From positions 61,547 through 125,546 of the forward strand of contig CAMTYL010000004.1 of the NCBI GenBank assembly GCA_947085985.1: a stretch of DNA of 64,000 bases, given 5' to 3'. Shown one piece after another: positions 29,200 to 39,723 of this stretch. Source of the stretch: an uncultured bacterium. Lineage in GTDB: Bacteria; Patescibacteriota; Minisyncoccia; Phycocordibacterales; Phycocordibacteraceae. The position numbers were made by a program, and so were the translations under genes. Each line of letters begins with the position of its first letter. Within the stretch, counting starts at the first letter, position 1. The notes under the pieces were generated by a model. The model saw nothing but the letters and a program-made list of their open reading frames with translations. It was not told the DNA's origin and ran no database searches.

Positions 29200-29288
29200 C
29201 CGTCCCCGCCCAGAATGGGACCCGGCGCGGATGCGCCGGGTCTTTCTCATATACAGTTTGGGCCGCGAGCGTGTTGCTCGCGGCCCTG

Positions 29289-29522
29289 TTAATGAGGTAT
29301 GCAGTGCGGGGACACGTACCGGTGGGTTTTCTTGCTCTTCCAGCGAAGAGAATTGTCACACCAGTACACTTCTCGAGCCCTCATCGGAGTAGGCTCATAA
29401 TCCCGATGATGTTCTGGGTTCGGGTGCAGAGCCTTCCCTATCCGATGGTTTCGATCATACTCTCGCTGTCGCTCCGCCGTCGGCTTTCCGCCGCCAGGCA
29501 CATTGCGGTTATTACCGTACAT
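29289..29522 (-). CDS. small orphan protein
   Basis: AAGGAG SD; converges on the same hairpin as the GDGG peptide. Confidence 0.5.
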   Translation of the reverse strand: MYGNNRNVPGGGKPTAERQREYDRNHRIGKALHPNPEHHRDYEPTPMRAREVYWCDNSLRWKSKKTHRYVSPHCIPH

Positions 29523-29579
29523 CTACTCTCCTTCTCTACCGATGAACAGAGGGGAGCATACCGCGCTTTGTGCGAAAGG

Positions 29580-29619
29580 AAAAGCAAAAACCGCCCCTTG
29601 CGGGGCGGTTTTTGCTTTT
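29580..29619 (-). terminator. terminator after rpsJ
   Basis: aaaagcaaaaaccgcccc-ttgc-ggggcggtttttgctttt. Confidence 0.85.
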
Positions 29620-29635
29620 GTTATCCGAGCGAATC

Positions 29636-29998
29636 TTACACCATCTTCACGTCGATAGTAACACCAGACGGAAGGTTGAGGTTGGTAAGGGCTTCAATAA
29701 CCTTCGCGTTTGGCGAGAGGATATCGATAAGACGCTTGTGGATACGCATCTCGAACTGCTCGCGCGCGTCCTTGTGAACGAACGTTGAGCGGTTCACGGT
29801 CCAACGCTTGATTTCCGTTGGAAGCGGTACGGGTCCTACAATCTTCGCATCAAAGCGATTTGCGGTGTCCATAATCTGCTTCACCGAAACATCAAGAATC
29901 TTGTGCTCGTAGGCACGCACCCGGATGCGTAGCTTCGGCTCTGCAGGAGCCTCCGCTGTAGCGGCCTTCTTGACGGTCTTTTTCGCGGTTGTTGCCAT
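29636..29998 (-). CDS. rpsJ: 30S ribosomal protein uS10
   Basis: GPVPLPT, REQFEMRIHKRLIDI. Confidence 0.98.
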   Translation of the reverse strand: MATTAKKTVKKAATAEAPAEPKLRIRVRAYEHKILDVSVKQIMDTANRFDAKIVGPVPLPTEIKRWTVNRSTFVHKDAREQFEMRIHKRLIDILSPNAKVIEALTNLNLPSGVTIDVKMV

Positions 29999-30020
29999 AC
30001 GAGTAAGAATTAGATTGGAT

Positions 30021-31223
30021 TTAGGCAACGATCTTCGTTACCACACCTGCTCCAACCGTCTTGCCACCCTCACGGATAGCGAAGTGCTGAGACTCCTCAA
30101 GCGCGATAGGCGCAGTGAGCTTTACCTTGAAGGTAACGGTGTCTCCCGGCATAACCATCTCCTTTCCTTCTGGAAGGGTCACCTCACCTGTTACGTCCGT
30201 TGTGCGAACGTAGAACTGAGGCTTGTAACCAGAGAAGAATGGAGTGTGACGTCCTCCCTCGTCCTTACCAAGGATGTATACCTCGGCTTCAAAGTCAGTA
30301 CGAGGAGCAACGGATCCCGGCTTCGCGATAACCTGACCGCGATGCACGTCCTCCTTCTTAGTACCGCGGAGCAAGATTCCTGCGTTGTCTCCAGCCATAC
30401 CTTCGGTGAGCTGCTTGTTGAACATCTCAATACCGGTAATGGTGGTCTTTGCAGTTGGGTGGAGGCCGATGATTTCAACTTCCTCTCCCACCTTGATAAC
30501 ACCGCGCTCGATACGACCAGTGATAACTGTTCCGCGTCCTTCAATTGAGAACACGTCCTCAACAGGCATTAGGAATGGCTTGTCGGTCTCGCGAACTGGG
30601 TCTGGGAAGTATGAGTCCATCGTGTCGACGAGCTCCTTCACCTTAAGTGCCCACTCATCGTTAGCATCAGTTGCCTCAAGTCCCTTAAGACCTGATCCCT
30701 TGATGATAGGAGTAGTAGCACCATCGTAGCCGTTCTTGGTGAGAAGCTCACGCATCTCCTCTTCAACGAGCTCTACCATGTCAGCGTCCTCTACCATGTC
30801 TACCTTGTTGAGGAAGATGATAAGACGAGGCACACCAACGTTCTTTGCAAGAAGAATGTGCTCGCGGGTCTGAGGCATAGCACCGTCAGTTGCGGCAACT
30901 ACGAGTACTGCACCATCCATCTGGGCAGCTCCCGTAATCATGTTCTTGATGTAGTCGGCGTGGCCTGGCGCGTCAATGTGCGCGTAGTGGCGATTTGGTG
31001 ACTCGTACTCTGAGTGGTGAAGGGCGATGGTGATTCCACGAGCCTTTTCCTCAGGTGCGTTGTCGATGTTTTCAATCTTCTCAGCGCGGGCCTTGTAGCC
31101 TGCAGCTGCGTTCAGGTTGAGAACGTTAAGAATACCGGCAGTGAGCGTAGTCTTACCATGGTCCACGTGACCGATGGTTCCTACGTTCATGTGCGGCTTG
31201 CTGCGGTCGAATGCGTCTGCCAT
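30021..31223 (-). CDS. tuf: elongation factor Tu
   Basis: [27 protein letters not shown]. Confidence 0.99.
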   Translation of the reverse strand: MADAFDRSKPHMNVGTIGHVDHGKTTLTAGILNVLNLNAAAGYKARAEKIENIDNAPEEKARGITIALHHSEYESPNRHYAHIDAPGHADYIKNMITGAAQMDGAVLVVAATDGAMPQTREHILLAKNVGVPRLIIFLNKVDMVEDADMVELVEEEMRELLTKNGYDGATTPIIKGSGLKGLEATDANDEWALKVKELVDTMDSYFPDPVRETDKPFLMPVEDVFSIEGRGTVITGRIERGVIKVGEEVEIIGLHPTAKTTITGIEMFNKQLTEGMAGDNAGILLRGTKKEDVHRGQVIAKPGSVAPRTDFEAEVYILGKDEGGRHTPFFSGYKPQFYVRTTDVTGEVTLPEGKEMVMPGDTVTFKVKLTAPIALEESQHFAIREGGKTVGAGVVTKIVA

Positions 31224-31497
31224 ACGTTTGTAAATTACTGGTAGCTAAATTTGTGTAATTTCGCTGCCGCGCCTGCCTGCCAGCCGGGGATGGCAGCAGG
31301 CGACCAAGGCGCAGACACGAACTTTCCGCGCAACGCCTTTCAGCCACCCCCTGCCTCCCTGTGGAGACCTGGAATACTAAAAAGAGCGCCGTTCTCGCGT
31401 TACTAGTAAAAGTACCCGAGCGAATACTAAAGGTCAAGGCCCTTTTAGAGCCTTGCAACTACGAAGGGGCGGCCAGATGGCCGCCCCTACTCTACTT

Positions 31498-31740
31498 CTA
31501 GCGCGCCAAGGCGAACCGTCGGTGCGATGTGTACCGCTTTGGAGCAACCTCAGCCCGATACGGCTTATTGCCGAGCTCCGGTCCCAGGTACGCAGGAACG
31601 GGAGTCGGCTTTTCCGGTCTGCTACGCCGGGCGCCGTGCCGTAGCGGGTAGCGACCCGGGAACGCCAAGCGCACAAGCGCAAACGGCACAAAAAAGAACA
31701 TGTACAACCGGAATATCCGGTCACTGATAGCTGCAATCAT
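31498..31740 (-). CDS. small orphan protein
   Basis: GGGAGG SD; hairpin 31465-31488 downstream. Confidence 0.5.
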   Translation of the reverse strand: MIAAISDRIFRLYMFFFVPFALVRLAFPGRYPLRHGARRSRPEKPTPVPAYLGPELGNKPYRAEVAPKRYTSHRRFALAR

Positions 31741-31821
31741 AGCTTCCTCCCTGCCCAGGCGAGCATACTACCACAAAAATTCATCCCCCGGCCACGCTGT
31801 GGCCGGGGGATACTTGGTGGT

Positions 31822-32109
31822 CTAACGGCAGCCCCACCCGCCGCAGGGGCGTCTGACGCCCCGATTGGGCACCTCGCGAGCTGGAATGGAGCGCCCAAGA
31901 GCGCGAGGCGGCTGCGGAAAGGTCTCCCAGATGGTCTTCTCGCGAATGAGTTCTGCCCGGATGAGCTGCTCCAGCGCGAAGAGTGCCGAATCTGCGCGCG
32001 GAAAGACCATCAGTACGGACCCTTCAGTCGCCACAATCGTGCGACTGAAAATCGGCGATTGGTCGGTATCATCCACGACGATAATGCCAGACGAATTAAC
32101 TGGGCTCAT
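31822..32109 (-). CDS. small orphan protein
   Basis: GGGAGGT SD before ATG 32109; hairpin 31783-31811 downstream. Confidence 0.55.
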   Translation of the reverse strand: MSPVNSSGIIVVDDTDQSPIFSRTIVATEGSVLMVFPRADSALFALEQLIRAELIREKTIWETFPQPPRALGRSIPAREVPNRGVRRPCGGWGCR

Positions 32110-32150
32110 GCCCACCTCCCTCTTAGTTACATTTCCCAGAGAGACCATAT

Positions 32151-32180
32151 CACAAAAGCCGCCAAATGGCGGCTTTTGTG
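32151..32180 (-). terminator. terminator after fusA
   Basis: cacaaaagccgcc-aaat-ggcggcttttgtg. Confidence 0.8.
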
Positions 32181-32200
32181 CTACTTCGCTGCAAAACAGT

Positions 32201-34348
<2,148 letters not shown>

Positions 34349-34458
34349 AGATGGGAATAAATAAAATAAAAGCCGCCAGGGCGTTATCTACAAGATACGT
34401 AATCTAAGGACAAAAAGCAAACGGGCGCGAACCAAGTTTTGGTTCGCGCCCAGGTGAG

Positions 34459-35346
34459 CTAGTTCACGTCGCGTGCAACAATCGGGAGCCCGCGCTCGTC
34501 AACGACGTTCTCGTATCGCTCAGTAATCACGCGTCCAGCGTTGCCGCTCGCATGCACTACGTAGTCACGACCCAGACTGATGGCCACGTGCCCCTCCCAG
34601 AACAATAACTGGTCCCTGGTCCAGGAACCGAGTTCTCCGGGCTTAGGCACTTCCGCTTCCTTGCCGAGCGACATTTGCATGTCGGCGTCGCGCGGCACCT
34701 TCCGGCCCAAGGCATGGAACCCTAGCTGGACGAGCGCCGAGCAGTCTAGGCCGAGCGCCGTACTCCTCGCAGCCCAGACATACGGCACACCGAGCATTTT
34801 GTACGCCGCCGTTGCTGGACCAACATAGTCCAACTCCTTCTCTTCAAAGAAGCCCCGATGCAGAGGGAGCAAGGTATCTTCTTTCACCCACCCCACACCA
34901 GGAATCTCCGAGAAGCCATTCTGTAGCCTCGCGACATGCACCTCGGTCCACAGACCAAGGCGCTCGAAGGTCGGAAGGGTATGACTCGGACCCGCGTATA
35001 CGAGCGCGGAGAGGGCCGTCACCCGGTGTGTAAGCACGGGCGCTGGTCGCTCCGACAGGTTGAAGTCCTCCGTGCGCGCAAACCCCACGTAGGAGTCGTG
35101 TTCGCACTGGACCATGACCCAGCTCGAACGGTGCGGATACAACACCGCCTTCTCGTTTAGGTTGAGCATACTGACCCGGGACGAACGTGGGTCGGGTTCC
35201 TCGTGAAGAAAGATTTGTGGCTTCTTAACACGAGCCGCACTGCCTTCTACATAGAACCGGGCATTGATACCAGCAGATCCGCGCAGATGCACGGCCGCCA
35301 GACCATCCCGAAACGGCAGGACACGCTTATCTACAACGTTCTGCAT
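34459..35346 (-). CDS. SH3 + NlpC/P60 (C40) peptidase, alphaproteobacterial-like
   Basis: PYVW, LDCSALVQ, FWEGHVAI, VHASG; GGAG SD before MQNVV; hairpin 34423-34451. Confidence 0.88.
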   Translation of the reverse strand: MQNVVDKRVLPFRDGLAAVHLRGSAGINARFYVEGSAARVKKPQIFLHEEPDPRSSRVSMLNLNEKAVLYPHRSSWVMVQCEHDSYVGFARTEDFNLSERPAPVLTHRVTALSALVYAGPSHTLPTFERLGLWTEVHVARLQNGFSEIPGVGWVKEDTLLPLHRGFFEEKELDYVGPATAAYKMLGVPYVWAARSTALGLDCSALVQLGFHALGRKVPRDADMQMSLGKEAEVPKPGELGSWTRDQLLFWEGHVAISLGRDYVVHASGNAGRVITERYENVVDERGLPIVARDVN

Positions 35347-35426
35347 TTCTGTCTCCATCCAATCTGTCCAGGCACGGGTGCCGGAACTCCGGTTGAAGCT
35401 TCAATCCAAGACCCTTAAAAGTCAAC

Positions 35427-35452
35427 AAAAAGCGCCCTCTCGGGCGCTTTTT
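35427..35452 (-). terminator. terminator after rpsG
   Basis: aaaaagcgccc-tctc-gggcgcttttt. Confidence 0.8.
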
Positions 35453-35459
35453 TATTCTT

Positions 35460-35584
35460 ACGGGGCGAGGAAAAATGCCTGTATACCAGGCGCAAGAAGT
35501 AGAGTTCTCGAAGTGTGCGCGACTGTACAGTGAGAGAAGTCTACGCATTTGCAACGCAGTAGACAGGTATTTTAACCGACCCGT
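35460..35584 (+). repeat. structured intergenic element, copy D
   Basis: aaaatgcctgt ATACCAGGCGCAAG...TGTGC-gcgact-GTACA...TTGCAACGCAGTAG acaggtatttt. Confidence 0.75.
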
Positions 35585-35586
35585 CT

Positions 35587-36051
35587 CTACCAAGCGAAGT
35601 GAGCGAAGGCCTTGTTCGCATCCGCCATGCGGTGCATGTCGTCGCGCTTCTTGATAGCTGAACCTTCGTTCTTGGCAGCTAGGAGGATTTCCTCTGCAAG
35701 CTTGTCAGCCATAGGCTTTCCCTTCTTAGCGCGCGCCGCGTTGATGAGCCAACGGTATGCAAGAGATGTACGGCGCTGCTGTGGTACCTCGCGAGGAACC
35801 TGGTAGTTAGCACCTCCCACACGACGTGAGCGCACTTCCATAAGTGGAGCAACGTTTCTAATTGCCGTCTCAAACGTCTCAAGTGGGTCCAACTCAGCGG
35901 CCTTGATTTTATCAAGCGCGTCGTAGACCACCTTAGTTGCGGTGTCCTTCTTTCCGTCCCACATAACCGTGTTGATGAAGCGTGAAATAGCTTCTGAACC
36001 GTACACGAGGTCAGGACGACGAGGATACTTGTTTTTTACGGGATGACGCAT
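35587..36051 (-). CDS. rpsG: 30S ribosomal protein uS7
   Basis: [23 protein letters not shown]. Confidence 0.99.
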   Translation of the reverse strand: MRHPVKNKYPRRPDLVYGSEAISRFINTVMWDGKKDTATKVVYDALDKIKAAELDPLETFETAIRNVAPLMEVRSRRVGGANYQVPREVPQQRRTSLAYRWLINAARAKKGKPMADKLAEEILLAAKNEGSAIKKRDDMHRMADANKAFAHFAW

Positions 36052-36069
36052 GGTAGTAGAAAAATAAAA

Positions 36070-36480
36070 CTAAGCCTTAGGCTTCTTAGCACCGTACTTA
36101 GAACGGCCACGGCGACGCTTATCAATACCTGCGGTATCAAGACGACCACGCACGATGGTGTACTGCACGCCAATGTCCTTCACGCGACCACCACGAAGGG
36201 TGACCACTGAGTGCTCCTGGAGGTTGTGACCCTCACCTGGGATGTAGGCAGTAACCTCCATACCGTTGGTAAGGCGCACACGAGCAATCTTACGAATAGC
36301 CGAGTTTGGCTTGCGAGGAGTCTTGGTCGTTACCTTCACACATACACCGCGCTTGAAAGGAGACGCGTAAAAGGTTGGACGGTTCTTAAGAGTGTTAAAA
36401 CCACGTCCAAGTGCCACCACCTTCGTCTTACGAGCGGTGGTCTTGCGCGCCTTCTTTGTGAGCTGCTGAATTGTTGCCAT
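36070..36480 (-). CDS. rpsL: 30S ribosomal protein uS12
   Basis: [22 protein letters not shown]. Confidence 0.99.
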   Translation of the reverse strand: MATIQQLTKKARKTTARKTKVVALGRGFNTLKNRPTFYASPFKRGVCVKVTTKTPRKPNSAIRKIARVRLTNGMEVTAYIPGEGHNLQEHSVVTLRGGRVKDIGVQYTIVRGRLDTAGIDKRRRGRSKYGAKKPKA

Positions 36481-36642
36481 GTGTAGATAAAAACCCCCGC
36501 TTGGGAGCTCCATGGACTATATACGGACCAGTAAATAAATGCAACCTACTTTCGCAGCAGAAACAGCGCACGACGGCCAGATACTTGACTTTTTGAACAG
36601 CATGTGCTAATATATATATTCCGTTAACCAAGGGAGGGCCAC

Positions 36643-37140
36643 ATGGCCTTTGATAGCAGTTCTTCTGAAAATACGACCCTCGACGCTTCGGCGGCCGAAA
36701 CGACTGGCCGTTCCCCCAACCCGGTGGACCTGCACGTCGGCGGACGCATCCGCATGCGCCGCCGGCTGCTCGGCGTCAGCCAGGAACTCCTCGCCGACGA
36801 CCTCGGCCTGACCTTCCAGCAGGTGCAGAAGTACGAGCGCGGCGCAAACCGCGTCTCGGCGTCCAAGCTGTACGAAGTCGCCAAGAGCCTGCAGACCTCG
36901 ATCGGCTACTTCTTCGACGGCCTCAACGACCCGGCGACGGCCAAAGCCGACGGCGTAACCGACAGCGGCGCCGAGCTGACCATCCACGACTTCCTGATGA
37001 CTTCGGAAGGACTGGAGCTGGCCCAGCTCTTCCCCAAAATCAAGAAGGGGGGCGTTCGCCGGCGGATCCTCGACCTGGCTCGCGTCATGGTCGAGGATGA
37101 AGAAGTCGCTGAAGACGACGAAGATCGCGCCGCCCCCTAG
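36643..37140 (+). CDS. XRE-family HTH regulator, alphaproteobacterial type
   Basis: PNPVDLHVGGRIRMRR...GLTFQQVQKYERGANRVSASKL; TTGACT-17-TAATAT promoter, GGGAGG SD, very high GC3. Confidence 0.92.
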   Translation: MAFDSSSSENTTLDASAAETTGRSPNPVDLHVGGRIRMRRRLLGVSQELLADDLGLTFQQVQKYERGANRVSASKLYEVAKSLQTSIGYFFDGLNDPATAKADGVTDSGAELTIHDFLMTSEGLELAQLFPKIKKGGVRRRILDLARVMVEDEEVAEDDEDRAAP

Positions 37141-37163
37141 AACCTGGGCGCCGGCACAACATC

Positions 37164-37204
37164 AGGGGCGGTTCCGCAACGCGGAACCGCCCCTTTTCTT
37201 TTTA
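37164..37204 (+). terminator. intrinsic terminator
   Basis: aggggcggttccgc / gcggaaccgcccct followed by a T tract. Confidence 0.85.
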
Positions 37205-37212
37205 TATACTCG

Positions 37213-37839
37213 CTACCCTACGAGGAGGTGGTAACAAAAACGCACAAACGCAAAGAATGGTGCGGAGAAGAACTGCATGAGGATAAAAAGCACCAAAATA
37301 AGGACGAAAATGCCCCCAGCCCGCATCCTGTCTTCAAGACGAGCCATGACCATGCTCATTTTATACGGAACAATGCCACGTAGCACGGTGTAGCCATCGA
37401 GTGGTGGAATGGGTATCAAATTAAATAGACCCAGAGAAAGGTTCACCAGAACAACGATGGCTGCCAGACTGGCGAACTCGCCCATCCCCTGCATCACTGC
37501 AACGCGCGCAATAATGGCAAACAGCACTGCGATGAGCAGGTTGGTGGCTACACCCGCCACCCCAACAAACGCTTCGCCCCAACGCTGATTGCGCAGATTG
37601 TATGGGTTATAGGGCACCGGCTTTGCCCAGCCGAAGAGAATGCCTGCCTGGGTGAACACCAAAATGGCCGGAATAATGATTGAGCCCAAGATATCTACGT
37701 GCGGAATCGGGTTTAGCGTGAGGCGGCCTGCCAGCTTTGCGGTAGGGTCGCCAAGAGACTGCGCAGCGTAGCCGTGGGCCACTTCATGCAGAATGATGGA
37801 GAATATGAGCACTATAATGGTGAAAATGGCTATTTCCAT
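37213..37839 (-). CDS. site-2 protease (M50)
   Basis: HEVAH, NLIPIPPLDG. Confidence 0.95.
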   Translation of the reverse strand: MEIAIFTIIVLIFSIILHEVAHGYAAQSLGDPTAKLAGRLTLNPIPHVDILGSIIIPAILVFTQAGILFGWAKPVPYNPYNLRNQRWGEAFVGVAGVATNLLIAVLFAIIARVAVMQGMGEFASLAAIVVLVNLSLGLFNLIPIPPLDGYTVLRGIVPYKMSMVMARLEDRMRAGGIFVLILVLFILMQFFSAPFFAFVRFCYHLLVG

Positions 37840-37906
37840 GGTGGATTATTGAATGGCGGCAGTACTGTTGCCTATTTAGATGAGTATATGCTAGCATGCA
37901 GGAACT

Positions 37907-38149
37907 ATGGCACGCGAATGCGCAGTAACAGGAAAGACAACTCAAGTAGGCGGACGGTACTCTAACCGTACGCGTGCTACTCAGTTCAACCCAACGGGAA
38001 AGGTGCGCCGCCAGGCAAACCTCCACAAGCGCCGCATTTTCGTAGCGGAGCTCGGAAAGACTATCCTTGTGACCATCTCTGCAAAGGGTATGCGCCACAT
38101 CAAGAAGAACGGCGCGCACGCGACGCTCTCCAAAGCTGGAGTCATCTAG
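37907..38149 (+). CDS. rpmB: 50S ribosomal protein bL28
   Basis: MARECAVTGK...RRQANLHK...ISAKGMR. Confidence 0.92.
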   Translation: MARECAVTGKTTQVGGRYSNRTRATQFNPTGKVRRQANLHKRRIFVAELGKTILVTISAKGMRHIKKNGAHATLSKAGVI

Positions 38150-38157
38150 CAGACAAG

Positions 38158-38188
38158 AAAAGCCGGGCCCCTACGGGCCCGGCTTTTT
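38158..38188. terminator. bidirectional terminator
   Basis: aaaagccgggccc...gggcccggcttttt. Confidence 0.8.
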
Positions 38189-39076
38189 CTATTTCCGTCT
38201 CCACAAACTGACACCATCACTCACGAACGTTATTGTGCCCTCCTCTATAGTAGAGACGACTGCTGCACCTTGGCGTTCAATTCTTTGCAGCACCTCGGGA
38301 GCTGGGTGCCCATGGGTATTTTCCTTTCCAGCAGACACGACCACCACGCTCGGTGCTACCTGTGACAGCCACTTCGCGCTCGTAGAATATTTTGACCCAT
38401 GGTGCCCTGCCTTAAGCACATCACTTTTAAGCGAACCATCACCGACCTTCACAAGAGTGTCCTCTACGTTTGAAGACAAGTCTCCCGTCAGAAGAAACGA
38501 CGTGTCTCCATACACAACCCGAAGTGCGATAGACGCGTCGTTAGTCGCTTTCAAGCGCGACACATCTTTGTTCGGGTAGAGGACCTCCATGTACGCTCCT
38601 CCTCCGAGAGAAATTTTCTGACCTGCGTGAGCTAGGTACGATTGCAGCCCCGACTCGTTCGCAACCGTTGCCACGAATCGGTCGTACCCGTCCGTATCAC
38701 TTGCAAGTCCAGGTGTCAGTAACGTGTCTACGTCATACAACAGAAACACATCGGACAATCCTCCGATGTGGTCCTTGTCAGGGTGCGTGGCGACAACCAT
38801 ATCAAGCTGTCTATCAAGGGGACCCATGATGCGCGGCAACTCGCGCACAACACTTCTGTCAGGTCCACCGTCAACAAGCACATTCACACCAGTTGGCCCT
38901 TCAATGAGAATCGCGTCGCCCTGTCCCACATCAAGAAACGAAACGGTGAGCACTCCTGATTGGCGCGCAGAAAGTTGCACCACAACGAGAGCATTCACTA
39001 TCACCAACCCCGCAAGAAATACCCCGAGCACCAGTGCTCTTCGTTGCTTCATGTCTATAAGTATAGGGTCGTGCAA
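38189..39076 (-). CDS. ComEC/Rec2-like MBL-fold domain protein (start uncertain, possibly 39052)
   Basis: FLDVGQGDA, THPDKDHIGG, LLTGD, GHHGS, GHP. Confidence 0.92.
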   Translation of the reverse strand: MHDPILIDMKQRRALVLGVFLAGLVIVNALVVVQLSARQSGVLTVSFLDVGQGDAILIEGPTGVNVLVDGGPDRSVVRELPRIMGPLDRQLDMVVATHPDKDHIGGLSDVFLLYDVDTLLTPGLASDTDGYDRFVATVANESGLQSYLAHAGQKISLGGGAYMEVLYPNKDVSRLKATNDASIALRVVYGDTSFLLTGDLSSNVEDTLVKVGDGSLKSDVLKAGHHGSKYSTSAKWLSQVAPSVVVVSAGKENTHGHPAPEVLQRIERQGAAVVSTIEEGTITFVSDGVSLWRRK

Positions 39077-39122
39077 GTTGTTTGTGCTGGGGTATACTCC
39101 AAACGTCTAAGAACCCTTACCT

Positions 39123-39710
39123 ATGTACACCGCAAAAACATTTTCACTTCCTGAACTTACCGGCCTCTCACCAAAGCAAATTGAGGTTCACCTCGCTCTC
39201 TACCAGGGCTACGCGAAGCACACCAATCTCATCATGGAGAAGATTGAAAAGCTTCGTGAAGAAGATGCAGCCGAGAACGCTTACGTCATCAACGAACTTC
39301 GTCGTCGTCTTGGATTTGAGTTTGATGGCATGCGCATGCACGAGTACTACTTTGAACAACTTGAAGGAGGCGCAGCCGACATCACCAGTGGCTCGTTTGC
39401 AACACTTGCCGAGAAACGCTACGGAAGTTGGGACGGATTTATTTCGCACCTTCATGAAGTCGCGGGCACTCGCGGCATTGGCTGGGTAGTCGTCTACTTT
39501 GACACTGTTGCAAACACGCTCCACACGGCGTTTGTAAACGACCACGAGCTAGGACAACTATCAGGACTTCCAGTTATGTTTGCGATTGATTTGTGGGAGC
39601 ACGCGTACATGGTGGACTACATTCCTGCAGAAAAGAAAACGTACGTTGAAGCATTTCTATCAAACGTAAATTGGAACGTGGTAGAGGCGCGCGCAGCAGT
39701 GGTAGTGTAG
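39123..39710 (+). CDS. Fe/Mn superoxide dismutase family protein
   Basis: HEYYF, GIGW, DLWEHAY. Confidence 0.9.
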   Translation: MYTAKTFSLPELTGLSPKQIEVHLALYQGYAKHTNLIMEKIEKLREEDAAENAYVINELRRRLGFEFDGMRMHEYYFEQLEGGAADITSGSFATLAEKRYGSWDGFISHLHEVAGTRGIGWVVVYFDTVANTLHTAFVNDHELGQLSGLPVMFAIDLWEHAYMVDYIPAEKKTYVEAFLSNVNWNVVEARAAVVV

Positions 39711-39723
39711 AGATTTTTTTCAA

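Noticed and set aside
36613-36628. CtrA box upstream of the XRE gene
   Set aside because: Only a TTAAC half-site is present; the other half reads TATA.
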